A DNA stretch of 25,035 nucleotides from the IMG/VR virus record IMGVR_UViG_3300020042_007778, positions 1 through 25,035 of that record, one strand, 5' to 3'. The DNA is from a virus (Duplodnaviria; Caudoviricetes). This document shows, in pieces, positions 23,566-25,035 of this stretch. Each line of letters opens with the position of its first letter. Within the stretch, counting starts at the first letter, position 1. A program made the translations under genes and the position numbers. The notes beneath the pieces were generated by a model, which worked only from the letters and a program-made list of their open reading frames with translations, made no database searches and was not told the origin of the DNA.

Positions 23566-23796
23566 CTATTGTAAACGATCTTTACGCCTAGGGTTCTTTT
23601 TAACTAGGATTAATCCATAACGCCTTAAATCGCTCTGAATGTTAGCAAAAGCACGTTTATCTGACGGTGTAGCCGATGTAATGACCATCTTTCCAGTAGG
23701 AGACATCCATTTGTAATGACCCCCATTAGACTTCTCTACACGCCAACCTTGTGTCTCTGCTAGCTTTATTAGTTCCTGTATTTCTTTTGACTTCAT
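23566..23796 (-). CDS. hicA: HicA-like mRNA interferase
   Basis: 'ELIKLAETQGWRVEKSNGGHYKW..P.G......TPSD' matches the HicA dsRBD-like pattern with the conserved His. Confidence 0.78.
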   Translation of the reverse strand: MKSKEIQELIKLAETQGWRVEKSNGGHYKWMSPTGKMVITSATPSDKRAFANIQSDLRRYGLILVKKNPRRKDRLQ

Positions 23797-23925
23797 TTAG
23801 TCTTCCTTGTTATCATCGTTGCATTTAGTGCATAAGTAAATTGTAGTCGCCATTCCTAATAACTCAAAATCGTATTCTAGGATGTCGTCACCCATTGCTT
23901 CGCATACATCACACGGCTCATTCAC
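23797..23925 (-). CDS. 42-aa acidic CxxC-CxxC microprotein (not in ORF track)
   Basis: GTG start. Translates as MNEPCDVCEAMGDDILEYDFELLGMATTIYLCTKCNDDNKED and abuts the hicA start. Confidence 0.68.
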   Translation of the reverse strand: MNEPCDVCEAMGDDILEYDFELLGMATTIYLCTKCNDDNKED

Positions 23926-24097
23926 TAGCGTACCCCAGTTCTGTAAACCATTTGTCTAGCTTGTTCACGGCATTCTCCAGATCTTTAGTAGTGCCATAGT
24001 CATCAAACCCAGCAGGACCGTTCTTTAGGTCGATCAAGTTGTCTATTAAGATACTCATTACCAGGGTTGCTTCTTCTTCTGTAAGTATTGCTTTCAT
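23918..24097 (-). CDS. 59-aa acidic hypothetical protein (not in ORF track)
   Basis: MKAILTEEEATLVMSILIDNLIDLKNGPAGFDDYGTTKDLENAVNKLDKWFTELGYASE. TAATG coupling. Confidence 0.7.
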   Translation of the reverse strand: MKAILTEEEATLVMSILIDNLIDLKNGPAGFDDYGTTKDLENAVNKLDKWFTELGYASE

Positions 24098-24285
24098 TAT
24101 TCACCCACATCCACGCTATTTTCAGCGTCACACTCGTAGCAATAAACTATGACTTCATCTGATCCTTTACTGCCAACAGCATCTACATCATCGTTCTCTG
24201 TCTCGCATTGAGTACACTCAAATGACACAGTCATTGCTATTTCATCATCCCAAGGTGTTGCTAGTTTCCAGCTATCGTAATCCAT
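24097..24285 (-). CDS. acidic zinc-ribbon microprotein
   Basis: 'CTQC...CYEC', GGAGG SD. Confidence 0.78.
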   Translation of the reverse strand: MDYDSWKLATPWDDEIAMTVSFECTQCETENDDVDAVGSKGSDEVIVYCYECDAENSVDVGE

Positions 24286-24443
24286 TATTTTTCCTCCAGT
24301 AGTTCTACTTCGTAGTTTTCTAGTACTTCGTTGATTGCTTCTTCTAAAGAGTTGTAAAACAAGTGTAGTTCATTCTCGTCTAAGTGATTGACCTGCAATT
24401 CACGCAGTTTCATACTCCAAACAATTTCTCCGTATTGGTGCAT
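24285..24443 (-). CDS. 52-aa acidic hypothetical protein (not in ORF track)
   Basis: MHQYGEIVWSMKLRELQVNHLDENELHLFYNSLEEAINEVLENYEVELLEEK. Coupled by TAATG at both ends. Confidence 0.72.
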   Translation of the reverse strand: MHQYGEIVWSMKLRELQVNHLDENELHLFYNSLEEAINEVLENYEVELLEEK

Positions 24444-24604
24444 TAGTTGTGTCCTTCCAATTTGATGTTATAAAATGTTGCTTCTTCTGTGCAAGCACTA
24501 CAAATGTAAACTGGAGTGCCGTCAATACCTTCTATGCCATAATCTGCATCCATTTCAAAGCAGTTATCGCAAAGGTAAGTGTCTTTTGGTGTAAATGTTT
24601 TCAT
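24443..24604 (-). CDS. 53-aa CxxC-CxxC microprotein
   Basis: ATG 24604 is preferred over 24691. Contains 'CDNC...CSAC'. Confidence 0.72.
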   Translation of the reverse strand: MKTFTPKDTYLCDNCFEMDADYGIEGIDGTPVYICSACTEEATFYNIKLEGHN

Positions 24605-24615
24605 CTTCTTCTTTC

Positions 24616-24753
24616 TTATTGTGGGTGGTCGCAGAAAGGCATAGCACATTCCGGACAGATTTGTTTTTCGCAGTTGTAGCACATTTCCCATTTATCTAAT
24701 GCTGATTGAGTTGTAAGTTCATCGCACATTGGACAATACACTTTGTTACTCAC
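24616..24753 (-). CDS. 45-aa triple-CxxC microprotein (not in ORF track)
   Basis: GTG start after AAGGAG. Translates as MSNKVYCPMCDELTTQSALDKWEMCYNCEKQICPECAMPFCDHPQ. Confidence 0.7.
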   Translation of the reverse strand: MSNKVYCPMCDELTTQSALDKWEMCYNCEKQICPECAMPFCDHPQ

Positions 24754-24955
24754 CTTTATCTCCTTCACACATTTTGCAATGTGGTTCGTCTTCAACTTCT
24801 AAGTCTTCAAGCAATAGGTTTATCAGATCCAAAGCGTTTTTCCAATCATCCATCCAAATAATGACTTCACCACCTTGACTTTCTTCACCCATTTCTTGTA
24901 GGTCTTTAGCCAATCGAGTTGCAACTTTTTGCAACTTAACTAATTTCTGATCCAT
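24746..24955 (-). CDS. acidic hypothetical protein
   Basis: 69 aa, AAGGA SD, C-terminal HCKMC. Confidence 0.72.
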   Translation of the reverse strand: MDQKLVKLQKVATRLAKDLQEMGEESQGGEVIIWMDDWKNALDLINLLLEDLEVEDEPHCKMCEGDKGE

Positions 24956-25035
24956 TAGTTATCCTTGTCTTCACTAGGCATAGACCAAACATGCTTTAGT
25001 TCGTATAGCCTACCCCTAAGAACTGACAGTGCTGT
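24955..25035 (-). CDS. hypothetical protein, C-terminal fragment (truncated by window edge)
   Basis: Open frame ...TALSVLRGRLYELKHVWSMPSEDKDN*, with the stop overlapping the next ATG. Confidence 0.55.
   Translation of the reverse strand, partial: TALSVLRGRLYELKHVWSMPSEDKDN

Noticed and set aside
6428-24679. Alternative-frame + strand ORFs (6428-6688, 7646-7834, 9206-9394, 20736-20933, 22137-22322, 23276-23479, 24449-24679)
   Set aside because: They are nested in, or antisense to, stronger genes and have no recognisable motifs.
228-24691. Longest-ORF starts at 228, 2714, 6814, 7841, 10985, 14075, 20624, 24691
   Set aside because: Downstream starts (243, 2807, 6859, 7898, 11024, 14150, 20636, 24604) have better SD or coupling and mostly avoid long overlaps.
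1-25035. Stop-codon reassignment
   Set aside because: Conserved genes are full length under the standard bacterial code, and TAA, TAG and TGA all terminate genes.

Overview
This window is a continuous, gene-dense segment of a tailed dsDNA bacteriophage genome, roughly 40% GC by eye. A whiB gene points to an actinobacterial host, and the low GC suggests a low-GC freshwater lineage (inference). Positions 1-11.6 kb (+) form a replication/recombination module: primase C-terminus, SNF2 helicase, MerR-like HTH protein, gp32-like SSB, family A DNA polymerase (Leu762 type), RecA, Hjc-like resolvase, WhiB, Cas4-like nuclease, UvsY-like protein, Nmad1/DUF1599 protein and RuvC-like resolvase. Positions 11.6-16.7 kb (+) hold spoVS and then about 15 small uncharacterised proteins, several sharing N-terminal peptide motifs. 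One of these genes is bounded by a 16-bp direct repeat. Positions 16.7-20.5 kb (+) encode a Pol-beta-type nucleotidyltransferase, a degenerate HAD protein, an HExxH metallopeptidase and a TGT/DpdA-like protein fused to a Cys4 domain, with a recurring 21-bp palindromic DNA motif. A class II ribonucleotide reductase and a bidirectional terminator follow. The convergent minus-strand arm has an NlpC/P60 lipoprotein, a solo HicA-like gene and a chain of tiny acidic CxxC proteins. Two structured intergenic elements flank the SSB gene. I saw no tRNA, rRNA, CRISPR array, integrase or recognisable capsid/tail gene. All product calls come from motif recognition by eye, with no database search.
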